Origin: Balanoglossus misakiensis | Taxonomy: Eukaryota > Animalia > Hemichordata | Reading direction: 5' to 3' | NCBI GenBank assembly: GCA_040954595.2 | Contig: CM082583.2 | Location: 1,870,925 to 1,934,924 of the forward strand | Length of the DNA: 64,000 nt | Part shown: piece after piece, positions 40,201-53,000 of the stretch | How positions within the stretch are numbered: position 1 is the stretch's first letter | Layout of the letters: the number at the start of each line of letters is the position of its first letter | Notes under the pieces: model-generated | Databases searched by the model: none | Told to the model about the DNA's origin: nothing | What the model saw: only the letters and a program-made list of their open reading frames with translations | Made by a program: the position numbers and the translations under genes

Positions 40201-43200
40201 TTCACTAATATTCCTCTGTAATGCAGGTTTGGGACCAACTTCTATTGTGATGTTTTCTGCATCTTCCAGGATGGCTGCCTCCATTGCCTTCGAGAATTGA
40301 ACTGCTTCTCGTACATTTCGTTTCCAATAGTGAGCATTTGTAAAGTCACCATCCACAGCAAGCCTACCTGTGACAGTGGAGTAAATCTCTGCCAGCTCTC
40401 CATTATCTGTAGTTTCCAGAGGATTTATCGAGTTTAGGAAGTCATTGCATATTGGCTGCACGTGGTGTGAGTGAAATGCTGTGGATACGTTGAGTCGACG
40501 GAAAAATATGTCCATACCCTCCTGTTGGTTTTCGATTGCAATCAGATTTTCGATTACAGTGATGGCGTCTTCATCTCCGGATAGTGTGAAAGACGTAGGT
40601 GAGTTAGTGGCAGCAATTTCCACCCGTCTGTCCACAGCTTGGCAATATTCATCAACTTTCTCGGCAGATGTGTTGCCCACAGCAGCCATTCCTCCTCCTG
40701 ACACTTTCTGCAGAAACTGACTCCTGTAGAATATTATCTTGACTGCGGTTTGGAGGTCTAGCTTCCCTGCTGCATATGCTGCCGCAACCTCACCAACTGA
40801 GTGACCGATTATCGCATCTGGTTTGATACCCCATGATACCCACAGGTGGTGAAGAGCCACTTCGATAGCAAATATCGCTACCTGTTTCATAGAGCCAGAG
40901 GCCAACTCTCCATGTCCGACAATATCAACAAGAGAATGGTCGGTGTATTTTGACAGTAGGCCAGCAATTTCTTCTATCGCCTCTCTAAAGGTGGATTCTT
41001 CAGCGAACAAATCACTTCCCATTCCTTTCCAGTCTGTACCCATTCCAGGAAAGACAAAAATAATTCTCTTTCGTCTGACAGTATTCGATGGATTTTGGTG
41101 ATATATCGCCTCTTCCGCCTTTTCCAAAATCTGGCATAAGCCGTCACTGTTAGTGGCGTGAATTGCAAATCGGTGGTTGTTGTAGTGTGAGCGCCGAGTA
41201 GTTGATGTATACGCCAAGTCGTCAATGAAATCGCTTGACTTGTTCTTTAATACATTTTTCAGGTACTGCATGGTCAACTTCATTGACCGCTTCGACTTTG
41301 CTGACAGGGTGATGATTGGGTGAACCACTGGTTTACTTTTTCGTAGGTCAACGTATTCTCTGACGATAGCATGTGAATTCGAACCACCAAAACCAAACGA
41401 ATTCACACAGGCTAATCGACCACGACCATCCTCTGTCTCCCATGCCGTTACCCTCGTTGGGATTTGTAACTGGAGGTCTTCCAAGTCTATTCGGCTGTTT
41501 GGCTTGTCGAAATGAATGGTCGGCGCGATCGTTCGGTTCTTGATCATCAGAAGCACTTTGATCAACCCAGCGACACCAGCTGCAGACTCCAGGTGAGCAA
41601 TGTTGCTTTTCACCGATCCCATGTAGCAGGGTGAAGCCCCGGGCTTTCGAGCTTTGCCTATGAAGTTGCCCAGGGACGATGCCTCAATGGGGTCCCCTAC
41701 AGGTGTGCCAGTACCATGTGCCTCGATGTAAGTCACGTCACAAGGGTCAACGTTATATTTAGTGTAAACTTTGTGTAGAAGCTGTTCCTGTTGTTTGGAA
41801 GAAGGGGCCGTTATGGGTGTAGCAAAGTGACCATCCTGGTTGCAGCCAGTTCCAACGATTCCCCAAATTCTGTCACCATCGCTTATGGCCTAATTTTCAA
41901 ATTAAAGTAAGTGTTAGTTTCAAAGACACAACCAATTTCTTAACCATCTTCTTACGTTTCTAGAGGAATGTGGTTGGAAATTCCAACTCATGATAGGTGG
42001 GTACGACGATATACCTATTACAGACTGCAAGTCACTAAATAGGTGCAAACAATAGGCAATTCATTAGTCTGTGTGAGTTTGCATACGAGACCAAACCTTC
42101 TCTTGCTGGTGGGGAAATATCACAAAATGCCTGTTATTTTTTTACCTTCTGCAGAGACTTCAAAATAACAACGCCACAGCCTTCTCCTCTTGTGTAACCA
42201 TCTGCCTTGTCAGAAAACGGCTGACACAGACCTGTCGATGATAACATGTTTGCTCTGCACAAGGTAACAAATACTTTTGGATCCAGAATAATGTTGACGC
42301 CACCACACACAGCTATTTCACAGTCTCCTAAAATGCAAATAATAATGTGTTGGTGACGTTGATGTTGGTTCAGAACGGCCTTAGTGTAACTATATACCCT
42401 GGGGAAAGAGAACAAACGACTGTGGAAAAGATCTGAGATTGTGCTGGATAATACCTTTGTTTTCACGCATTATGTCCATACATTCGACGGTTCGACGTTA
42501 AACAAACGCACCTGCACGTATACCTTGACATCCAAGATGGATGCCTATCAGGGAGGACGAACAGGCTGTATCCACACAAATGGATGGCCCCGTCAAGTTC
42601 AGGGCAAACGACAGGCGGTTTGCTACGATAGACGTTGCAGCGCCAGTCACTGTGTAATTGTCCCGCTCGCTCACGTCTGAACCAATCAAATTCCCGTAGT
42701 CATTGGCCATCACACCTAAGCAATATTAAGGGAAATTTCTGGTCTGCTTGTATGTGCTATCGCATAAAAAATATTGTAGTTATAGTTATACTCGAGCAAG
42801 ACCTTCCATCAGTAGCACTGGCAAACCTGTACATAATTATGGGTATCATTATAAAAATCCTCAAATCAGCATTACCTCAGAAGTATGTGAGGACTGCATG
42901 TACTATGCTTTTTGAGGAAATCACCACCGACACTATTGTTAACTGAAGTAAAGTCTACCGAGCCAAATAACGAGAATATATTGGCTGCCTTCGGAAGTAA
43001 TTTCTAAATTTCACGTATACTGCGATTTGCCATTTCAGGACGTATCTTTGACGAAATTAGTCCAAGTCTTACCGATGTAGCAACCGACTTCCATCCCTGA
43101 TAGTTTGTCCATGGGAAACCCGCCGTTTTCCAAAGCCCGATATGTACATTCCAGCAACACATATTGTTGTGGATCCATTCGGGCTGCCTCATCGTCGTTG

Positions 43201-43569
43201 ATTTGAAAGAATCGATTGTCCCATTCAGTCAGCCTAGTGATATAATGGAAGGACCATCAAAGCCCCAGTAACTCTTACTTTTCGTCAGATTTTAGTATTT
43301 TTTTCTGACTCGTCCATTAATTAAATTATCATTTATCATCCAAAAACACAATACCTCTCGATAAATGCCGCATGCCTGGCATAAGATTTGCCTTTGGCAC
43401 TTCTGTCGCTGCTGTAGAAAGCGTCGACGTTCCATCTGTCCTTGGGTATTTCAGTCACATGGTTTTCCCCGTTCACCAAGACTCGCCAGAACTCATCTAT
43501 GTCGTTCGCACCAGGGAACTTGCAGGCCAACCCCACGACTGCAATGGCGTCTTCCGAGTCTGGATCCAT
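33599..43569 (-). CDS. pks: Animal type I (iterative) polyketide synthase, KS-AT-DH-pseudoER-KR-ACP-condensation-like-PH-like, about 2747 aa
   Basis: Phase-consistent GT-AG exons: 43569-43355, 43233-43073, 42715-42512, 42327-42146, 41889-34686, 34264-34097, 33708-33599 (8244 nt). KS: DTACSSS, EAHGTGT, KSNIAHLE. AT: GHSVG, AFHS. DH: HIVGGSVVVP, DGVLQ. KR: GGTKGLG, GQANYGAGN. ACP: GLDSM. C-like: HAMLR, PFDLQNDFPIR, HNISCD, VGFFINNVLLR. Confidence 0.93.
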
Positions 43570-43611
43570 GGTCTGTACTTAGGTCTATGAAAATATTGCG
43601 AAATGTTGCGC

Positions 43612-43826
43612 TGTGAAAATCTCGCCAAAATGAATAATCAGTCTCTACCGTTTATTCATTTTGGCGAGATGTTATACTCTCATATCCTACAAACGTGGTG
43701 GAAGTTATGTGTAGTCGAACGTTGATTCACTATATATATCCACATGTAGAATAACATTAACAGCATCTTGTATCAAACTTAATTATTGGATAAGAGCAGC
43801 GAGAGAGACAGACATTGTACCTTTAA
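43612..43826. mobile_element. Partial copy of the 6418-6761 TTAA MITE family, just upstream of the PKS start codon
   Basis: Central hairpin atctcgccaaaatgaataa / ttattcattttggcgagat, then the right arm ending cattgtacctttaa. Confidence 0.7.
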
Positions 43827-44073
43827 GTAAATGTGAACTGTTTGATTGTTATCTGAGAGGGCTTCAGTTGTAGAAAACTACATGTTGTCTTTCTTTCAAA
43901 CATTTCCCGGATGTGCCCCCGGTTCCGCCGGACACAAAGTTCAACAAGCGAATACAGAACTTTTAAACTTGTTTAGTCAAACAGGCATTTGTTGTATTAC
44001 ACATTTTCCACGTGACCATCTTCTTTGTCCCGCGAGAATGCTGATCAAAGCATCGGTTGCTTATACTCCGAAG

Positions 44074-47000
44074 GCCATATTGGATTTTCTGAAAAAATTC
44101 AAATCTCAGATCTCAGAAACTACAAGTCAGATCGACTTCAAATTTGGTATACAGGTAGACTACCTTCTGCCCATCATTTTTGTAATTGGAAATTTTGCTA
44201 CAATGTTGCAGTTTTTTTGCTACAATTTTTTTTCTGAAATCTGGCTTAAATTTCAAAAATCTTCTTCTCCAGAACCGGTGATAACCGAGTCACGCGGTTT
44301 GGGGTATGTGGTCACCTAACTGATGTCTATCAAGTTTGCGAAGATCATTGTGATTGGTCGAAGATTATGGCGGCCATATTGGATTTTAGAAAAACCATAG
44401 TTAAACTCCAAAAATCTTCTTCTCCAGAACGGGCGATGACTGAGTCGCAAGATTCGGGGAGTATGGTCACTACACTGATGTCTATCAAGTTTGCAAAGAG
44501 CATTGTGATTGGTCGAAGATTATGGCGGCCATATTGGATTTTGTAAAAAGCAGTGAAAAATTGAAATTCCTTTTTCTAGTCTAAAAATTGATAGCATACA
44601 AATTCTTTTTATGGATATCAATCGTCATGTGACTAAAATATGTTACAATTTTTTGGCGATTTTTCACATGACCTTTGACCTACTTATCATGCGTTATTAT
44701 TTCTGCATATCTAATTCCAGGCTAACCTATAGGGCTAGACGTTTGGTTTTTGATGAATGTGGATTAGTGTGTGATCAAAATATTTTGCTACTTTTCATGA
44801 CCCCTTTGACCTCTGCTGACCTCATTAATTATGTGCATAGCTAATTACAGGCGAACCAATAGAGCTAGAGGTTTGGTTTTTGTTGGACACAGACCAGTAT
44901 GGGATCAAAATTTTTTGCCCAAATGTTGCGTGACCTCTGGTGACCTTTGACCTACTTTCGCATATCTCAGCATCCAGAGCAGATACAGCCATGGCATTTG
45001 GTAGGATGGGACCAAAATGTAAAGCCACATTTTTGAGTCACCTGTGACACCTGCTGACCTCATTAAATATGCACATACCTAATTACAGGCGAACCTATAG
45101 AGTTAGAGTTTTGTTTTTTGTTGGACATGGACCAGTATGGGTAAAAAAAAAATTGCCCAAATGTTGGGTGACCTCAGGTGACTTTTGACCTACTTCACCC
45201 TATTTCAGCAGCAAAAATACACACCTCCTTGTTATGTCATGAGATAATACATCGGATAGAAAATTCTGTTTCTTCTCATTCACACTGTGCATATATAATT
45301 CAAGATCAGCGCTTGGGCCCGACAATGCTGCTTGCAGCTTTAATTAGGGCCCAAGCGCAAGCAAGCGCTTGGGCCCTATTGGTTTCGTTGGGGTTTTTAG
45401 GGCCCAAGCGCAAGCCAGCGCTTGGGCCCTATTGGTTTCGTTGGGGTTTTTCTTTCTTCTTTCTTTATTCTTGTGTCAATTCTTTGTCGCTCTAGATCTC
45501 AGACACCACTGCAGGTACACTTCTGAAACTTGCTACAGTGGTCAAGGTCAATGAGTAGTTGTGCATTGAACCCATGAATTTTTAATTAGTCACATGACCT
45601 GGCGGCCATCTTGGATTTTCTGAAAAAATGCAAATCTCAGATCTCAGAAACTACAAGTCAGATCGACTTCAAATTTGGCGTGCAGGTAGACTACCTTCTG
45701 TCAAACATTTTTGTAATTGGAAATTATGCTGTCAATGTTGCAGTCTTTTTGCTACAATTTTTTTTCTGAAATCTGGCTTAAATTTCAAAAATCTTCTTCT
45801 CCAGAACCGGTGATAACCGAGACATGGGGTTTGGGGTATGTGGTCACCTAACTGATGTCTATCAAGTTTGCGAAGATCATTGTGATTAGTCGAAGATTAT
45901 GGCGGCCATATTGGATTTTCGAAAAACCCTAGTAAAATTTCAAAAATCTTCTTCTCGAGAACCGGCGATAACCGAGTCACAAGATTTTGTGTGTGTGGTC
46001 ATTCAACAGATGTCTATCAAGTTTGCGAAGAGGAATGTGATTGGTCGAAGATTATGGCGGCCATATTGGATTTTGTGAAAAACAATTAAAAAGTAAAAAT
46101 TCCCTTTCTAGCCTAAAAATTGATAGCACAGAAATTCTTTTTATGGATATGAATCATCATATAACAAGAATAAGCTATAAATATTTTGGTAATTTTGGCA
46201 ATGACCTTTGACCTACTTTTGACGCATCAATTTTCTGCATATCTAATTCCAGGCTAACCAATAGGGCTATAAGTTTGGTTTTTGATGTATGTGGATTTGT
46301 ATGTGATCAAAAAATTTTGGTACTTTTCATGACCCCTTTGACCTCTGCTGACCTCATTAAATATGCGCATACCTAATTACAGATGAACCAATAGACCTAG
46401 AGGTTTTGTTTTTGTTGGACAGGACAAGTATAGGGTCAAAATTTTTTACCCAAATTTTGGGTGACCTCTGGTGACCTTTGACCTAATTTCGCAAATCTCA
46501 GCATCCACAGCAGATACAGCCTTGGCGTTTGGAGGTATGGGGCCATAATGAAAAGCCAAAGTTTTGGGTCACCTGTGACACCTGCTTAACTCATTATTTA
46601 TGTGCATACCTAATTCCGGGCTAACCAAAAGGGTTAGAGGTCTGGTTTTTGTTGGACATGGACCACTATGGGTCAAAATTTTCTGCCCAAACTGTGGGTG
46701 ACCTCTGACCTACTTAACACTATATCAGCACTAAACATAGATATAATCTTGATATTTCATGGGATAAAACACAGCATTATGTTTCTACTCATTAATTATG
46801 TGCATATCTAATAATCAGATCAGATAATAGAGCTTGGGCCCGGACAATGCTGCTTGCAGCTTTAATTCTGTCTTTCTTTCTTCTTTCTTTACGGGCCCAA
46901 GCCAAGCCAGGCTTGGGCCCGTATTGGTTTCGTTGGGGTTTTTTAGGGCCCAAGCCAAGCCAGGCTTGGGCCCTATTGGTTTCGTTGGTATTTTTCAGTC

Positions 47001-50000
47001 TTTCTTTCTTTCTTTCTTTATTCTTATGTCAATTCTTTGTCGCTCTAGATCTCAGACACCACTGCAGGTACAGTTTTCAAACTTGCTACAGTGGTCAAGG
47101 TCAATGAGTAGTCGTGCATTGAACCCATGAATTTTTAATTAGTCACGTGACCTGGCGGCCATATTGGATTTTCTGAAAAAATGCAAATCTCAGATCTCAG
47201 AAACTACAAGTCAGATCGACTTCAAATTTGGCGTGCAGGTAGACTACCTTCTGTCAATCATTTTTGTAATTGGAAATTATGCTGACAAAGTTGCAGTTTT
47301 TTTGCTACAATTTTTTTTCTGAAATCTGGCTTAAATTTCAAAAATCTTCTTCTCCAGAACCGGTGATAACCGAGACACGGGGTTTAGGGTATGTGGTCAC
47401 CTAACTGATGTCTATCAAGTTTGCGAAGATCATTGTGATTGGTCGAAGATTACGGCGGCCATATTGGATTTTCGAAAAACCCTAGTAAAATTTCAAAAAT
47501 CTTCTTCTCAAGAATCGGCGATAACCGAGTCACAAGATTTGGTGTGTGTGGTCATTAAACAGATGTCTAACAAGTTTGCGAAGGGGAATGTGATTGGTCG
47601 AAGATTATGGTGGCCATATTGGATTTTGTGAAAAACGATTAAAAAGAAAAAATTCCCTTTCTAGCCTAAAAATTGATAGCACAGAAATTCTTTTTATGGA
47701 TATGAATCATCATATGCCAAGAATAAGCTATAAATATTTTGGTAATTTTGGCAATGACCTTTGACCTACTTTTGACGCATCATTTTTCTGCATATCTAAT
47801 TCCAGGCTAACCAATAGGGTTATAAGTTTGGTTTTTGATGTATGTGGATTTGTATGTGATCAAAAAATGTTGCTACTTTTCATGACCCCTTTGACCTCTG
47901 CTGACCTCATTAAATATGCACATACCTAATTACAGGTGAACCAATAGACCTAGAGGTTTTGTTTTTGTTATACATGGACCAGTATGGGGTGAAACTATTT
48001 TGCCCAAATGTTGGGTGACCTCGGGTGACCTTTGACCTACTTTTGCATATCTTGACATCCACAGCAGATACAGCCTTGGCGTTTGGAGGTATGGGGCCAT
48101 AATGAAAAGCCAAAGTTTTGGGTCACCTGTGACACCTGCTTACTCATTATTTATGTGTATACCTAATTCTGGGCTAACCAAAAGGGCTAGATATCTGGTT
48201 TTTGTTGGACATGGACTACTATGGGTCACAATTTTCTGCCCAAATTGTGGGTGACCTCTGGGTGACCTTTGACCTACTTAACACTTTATCAACACCAAGC
48301 ATAGATATAACCTTGATATTTTATGGGGTAAAACACAGCATTATGTTTCTACTCTTTAATTATGTGCATATCTAATAATCAGATCAGATAATAGAGCTTG
48401 GGCCCGGACAATGCTGCTTGCAGCTTTAATCTTTCTTTATTCTTGGTTCACTTCTTTGTCGCTCTAGATCTCAGACACCACTGCAGGTACAGTTCTCAAA
48501 CTTGCTACAGTGGTCAAGGTCAATGAGTAGTAGTGCATTGAACCCATGAATTTTTAATTAGTCACATGACCTGGCGGCCATCTTGGATTTTCTGAAAAAA
48601 TGCAAATCTCAGATCTCAGAAACTACAAGTCAGATCGACTTCAAATTTGGCGTGCAGGTAGACTACCTTCTGGCAATCATTTTTGTAATTGGAAATTATG
48701 CTGTCAATGTTGCAGTTTTTTTGCTACAATTTTTTTTCTGAAATCTGGCTTAAATTTCAAAAATCTTCTTCTCCAGAACCGGTGATAACCGAGACACGGG
48801 GTTTGGTGTATGTGGTCACCTAACTGATGTCTATCAAGTTTGCGAAGATCATTGTGATTGGTCGTAGATTATGGCGGCCATATTGGATTTTCGAAAAACC
48901 ATAGTAAAACTCAAAAAATCTTCTTCTCCAGAACGGGCGATAACTGAGTCGCAAGATTCGGGGAGTTTGGTCACTTCACTGATGTCTATCAAGTTTGCAA
49001 AGAGCATTGTGATTGGTCGAAGATTATGGCGGCCATATTGGATTTTGTTAAAAGCAGTGAAAAATTGAAATTCCTTTTCCTAGTCTAAAAATTGATAGCA
49101 TACAAACTCTTTTTATGGATATCAATCGTCATGTGACTAAATTATGTTACAATTTTTTGGCGATTTTTCACATGACCTTTGACCTACTTTTCACACGTTA
49201 TTATTTCTGCATATCTATTTCCAGGCTAACCTATAGGGCTAGACGTTTGGTTTTTGATGCATGTGGATTAGTGTGTGATCAAAATATTTTGCTACTTTTC
49301 ATGACCCCTTTGACCTCTGCTGACCTCATTAATTATGCACATAGCTAATTACAGGCGAACCAATAGAGCTAGAGGTTTGGTTTTTGTTGGACATGGACCA
49401 CTATGGGAACAAAATTTTTTGCCCAAATGTTGGGTGACCTCTGGTGACCTTTGACCTACTTTCGCATATCTCAGCATCCAGAGCAGATAGAGCCTTGGCA
49501 TTTGGCAGGATGGGGCCAAAATGTACAGCCACATTTTTGGGTCACCTGTGACACCTGCTGACCTCATTAAATATGCACATACCTAATTACAGGCGAACCT
49601 ATAGAGTTAGAGTTTTGTTTTTTGTTGGACATGGACCAGTATGGGTAAAAAAAAAATTGCCCAAATGTTGGGTGACCTCAGGTGACTTTTGACCTAGCAA
49701 GCGCTTGGGCCCTATTGGTTTCGTTGGGGTTTTTAGGGCCCAAGCGCAAGCCAGCGCTTGGGCCCTATTGGTTTCGTTGGGGTTTTTCTTTCTTTACGGG
49801 CCCAAGCCAAGCCAGGCTTGGGCCCGTATTGGTTTCGTTGGGGTTTTTCTTTCTTTCTTTCTTTCTTTCTTTATTCTTGGTTCACTTCTTTCGCGCTCTT
49901 GATCTCAGACACCGCTGCAGGTACAGTTCTCAAACTTGCTACAGTGGTCAAGGTCAATGAGTAGATGTGCAGTGACTTGTGAATACTTAATTAGTCACGT

Positions 50001-53000
50001 GACATGGCGGCCATATTGGATTTTCTGAAAAAATGCAAATCTCAGATCTCAGAAACTACAAGTCAGATCGAGTTCAGATTTGGCGTGCTGGTAGTATACC
50101 CTCTGCCCATCATTTTTGTAATTGGATATTTTGCTGTCAATGTTGCAGTTTTTTTGCTACAGTTGTTTTTCTGAAATCTGGTCAAAATTTCAAAAATCTT
50201 CTTCTCCAGAACCGGCGATAACCGAGTCACGCCGTTTGGGGTATGTGGTCACCTAACTGATGTCTATCAAGTTTGCAAAGATCATTGTGATTGGTCGAAG
50301 ATTATGGCGGCCATATTGGATTTTCGAAAAACCATAGTAAAACTTCAAAAATCTTCTTCTCCAGAACGGGCGATAACCGAGTCACAAGATTTGGTGTGTG
50401 TGGTCATTAAACAGATGTCTATCAAGTTTGCGAAGGGGAATGTGATTGGTCGAAGATTATGGCGGCCATATTGGATTTTGTGAAAAACGATTAAAAAGTA
50501 AAAATTCCTTTTCTAGCCTGAGAATTGATAGCACAGAAATTCTTTTTATGGATATGAATCATCATATGACAAGAATAAGCTATAAATATTTTGGTAATTT
50601 TGGCAATGACCTTTGACCTACTTTTGACGAATCATTTTTCTGCATATCTAATTCCAGGCTAACCAATAGGGCTATAAGTTTGGGTTTTGATGTATGTGGA
50701 TTTGTATGTGATCAAAACATTTTGCTACTTTTCATGACCCCTTTGACCTCTGGTGACCTCATTAAAAATGCGCATACCTAATTAATGATGAACCAATAGA
50801 CCTACAGGATTTGGTTTTGTTATACATGGACCAGTATGGGGTCAAAATATTTTGCCCAAATGTTGGGTGACCTCGGGTGACCTTTGACCTACTTAACACT
50901 ATATTAGCATCAGATCAGATAATAGAGCTTGGGCCCGGACAATGCTGCTTGCAGCTTTAATCTTTCTTTATTCTTGTGTCAATTCTTTGTCGCTCTAGAT
51001 CTCAGACACCACTGCAGGTACACTTCTGAAACTTGCTACAGTGGTCAAGGTCAATGAGTAGTTGTGCATTGAACCCATGAATTTTTAATTAGTCACATGA
51101 CCTGGCGGCCATCTTGGATTTTCTGAAAAAATGCAAATCTCAGATCTCAGAAACTACAAGTCAGATCGACTTCAAATTTGGCGTGCAGGTAGACTACCTT
51201 CTGTCAAACATTTTTGTAATTGGAAATTATGCTGTCAATGTTGCAGTTTTTTTGCTACAATTTTTTTTCTGAAATCTGGCTTAAATTTCAAAAATCTTCT
51301 TCTCCAGAACCGGTGATAACCGAGACATGGGGTTTGGGGTATGTGGTCACCTAACTGATGTCTATCAAGTTTGCGAAGATCATTGTGATTAGTCGAAGAT
51401 TATGGCGGCCATATTGGATTTTCGAAAAACCCTAGTAAAATTTCAAAAATCTTCTTCTCGAGAACCGGCGATAACCGAGTCACAAGATTTTGTGTGTGTG
51501 GTCATTCAACAGATGTCTATCAAGTTTGCGAAGAGGAATGTGATTGGTCGAAGATTATGGCGGCCATATTGGATTTTGTGAAAAACAATTAAAAAGTAAA
51601 AATTCCCTTTCTAGCCTAAAAATTGATAGCACAGAAATTCTTTTTATGGATATGAATCATCATATAACAAGAATAAGCTATAAATATTTTGGTAATTTTG
51701 GCAATGACCTTTGACCTACTTTTGACGCATCAATTTTCTGCATATCTAATTCCAGGCTAACCAATAGGGCTATAAGTTTGGTTTTTGATGTATGTGGATT
51801 TGTATGTGATCAAAAAATTTTGGTACTTTTCATGACCCCTTTGACCTCTGCTGACCTCATTAAATATGCGCATACCTAATTACAGATGAACCAATAGACC
51901 TAGAGGTTTTGTTTTTGTTGGACAGGACAAGTATAGGGTCAAAATTTTTTACCCAAATTTTGGGTGACCTCTGGTGACCTTTGACCTAATTTCGCAAATC
52001 TCAGCATCCACAGCAGATACAGCCTTGGCGTTTGGAGGTATGGGGCCATAATGAAAAGCCAAAGTTTTGGGTCACCTGTGACACCTGCTTAACTCATTAT
52101 TTATGTGCATACCTAATTCCGGGCTAACCAAAAGGGTTAGAGGTCTGGTTTTTGTTGGACATGGACCACTATGGGTCAAAATTTTCTGCCCAAACTGTGG
52201 GTGACCTCTGACCTACTTAACACTATATCAGCACTAAACATAGATATAATCTTGATATTTCATGGGATAAAACACAGCATTATGTTTCTACTCATTAATT
52301 ATGTGCATATCTAATAATCAGATCAGATAATAGAGCTTGGGCCCGGACAATGCTGCTTGCAGCTTTAATTCTGTCTTTCTTTCTTCTTTCTTTCTTTCTT
52401 TATTCTTGTGTCAATTCTTTGTCGCTCTAGATCTCAGAGACCACTGCAGGTACACTTCTGAAACTTGCTACAGTGGTCAAGGTCAATGAGTAGTCGTGCA
52501 TTGAACCCTTGAATTTTTAATTAGTCACATGACCTGGCGGCCATCTTGGATTTTCTGAAAAAATGCAAATCTCAGATCTCAGAAACTACAAGTCAGATCG
52601 ACTTCAAATTTGGCGTGCAGGTAGACTACCTTCTGCCCATCATTTTTGTAATTGGAAATTATGCTGTCAATGTTGCAGTTTTTTTGCTACAATTTTTTTT
52701 CTGAAATCTGGTCAAAATTTCAAAAATCTTCTTCTCCAGAACCGGTGACAACCGAGACACGGGGTTTGGTGTATGTGGTCACCTAACTGATGTCTATCAA
52801 GTTTGCGAAGATCATTGTGATTGGTCGTAGATTATGGCGGCCATATTGGATTTTCGAAAAACCATAGTAAAACTCAAAAAATCTTCTTCTCCAGAACGGG
52901 CGATAACTGAGTCGCAAGATTCGGGGAGTTTGGTCACTTCACTGATGTCTATCAAGTTTGCAAAGAGCATTGTGATTGGTCGAAGATTATGGCGGCCATA

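Noticed and set aside
33599-43569. Bacterial contamination or recent horizontal transfer of the PKS
   Set aside because: It has six spliceosomal introns and is embedded among animal genes and repeats
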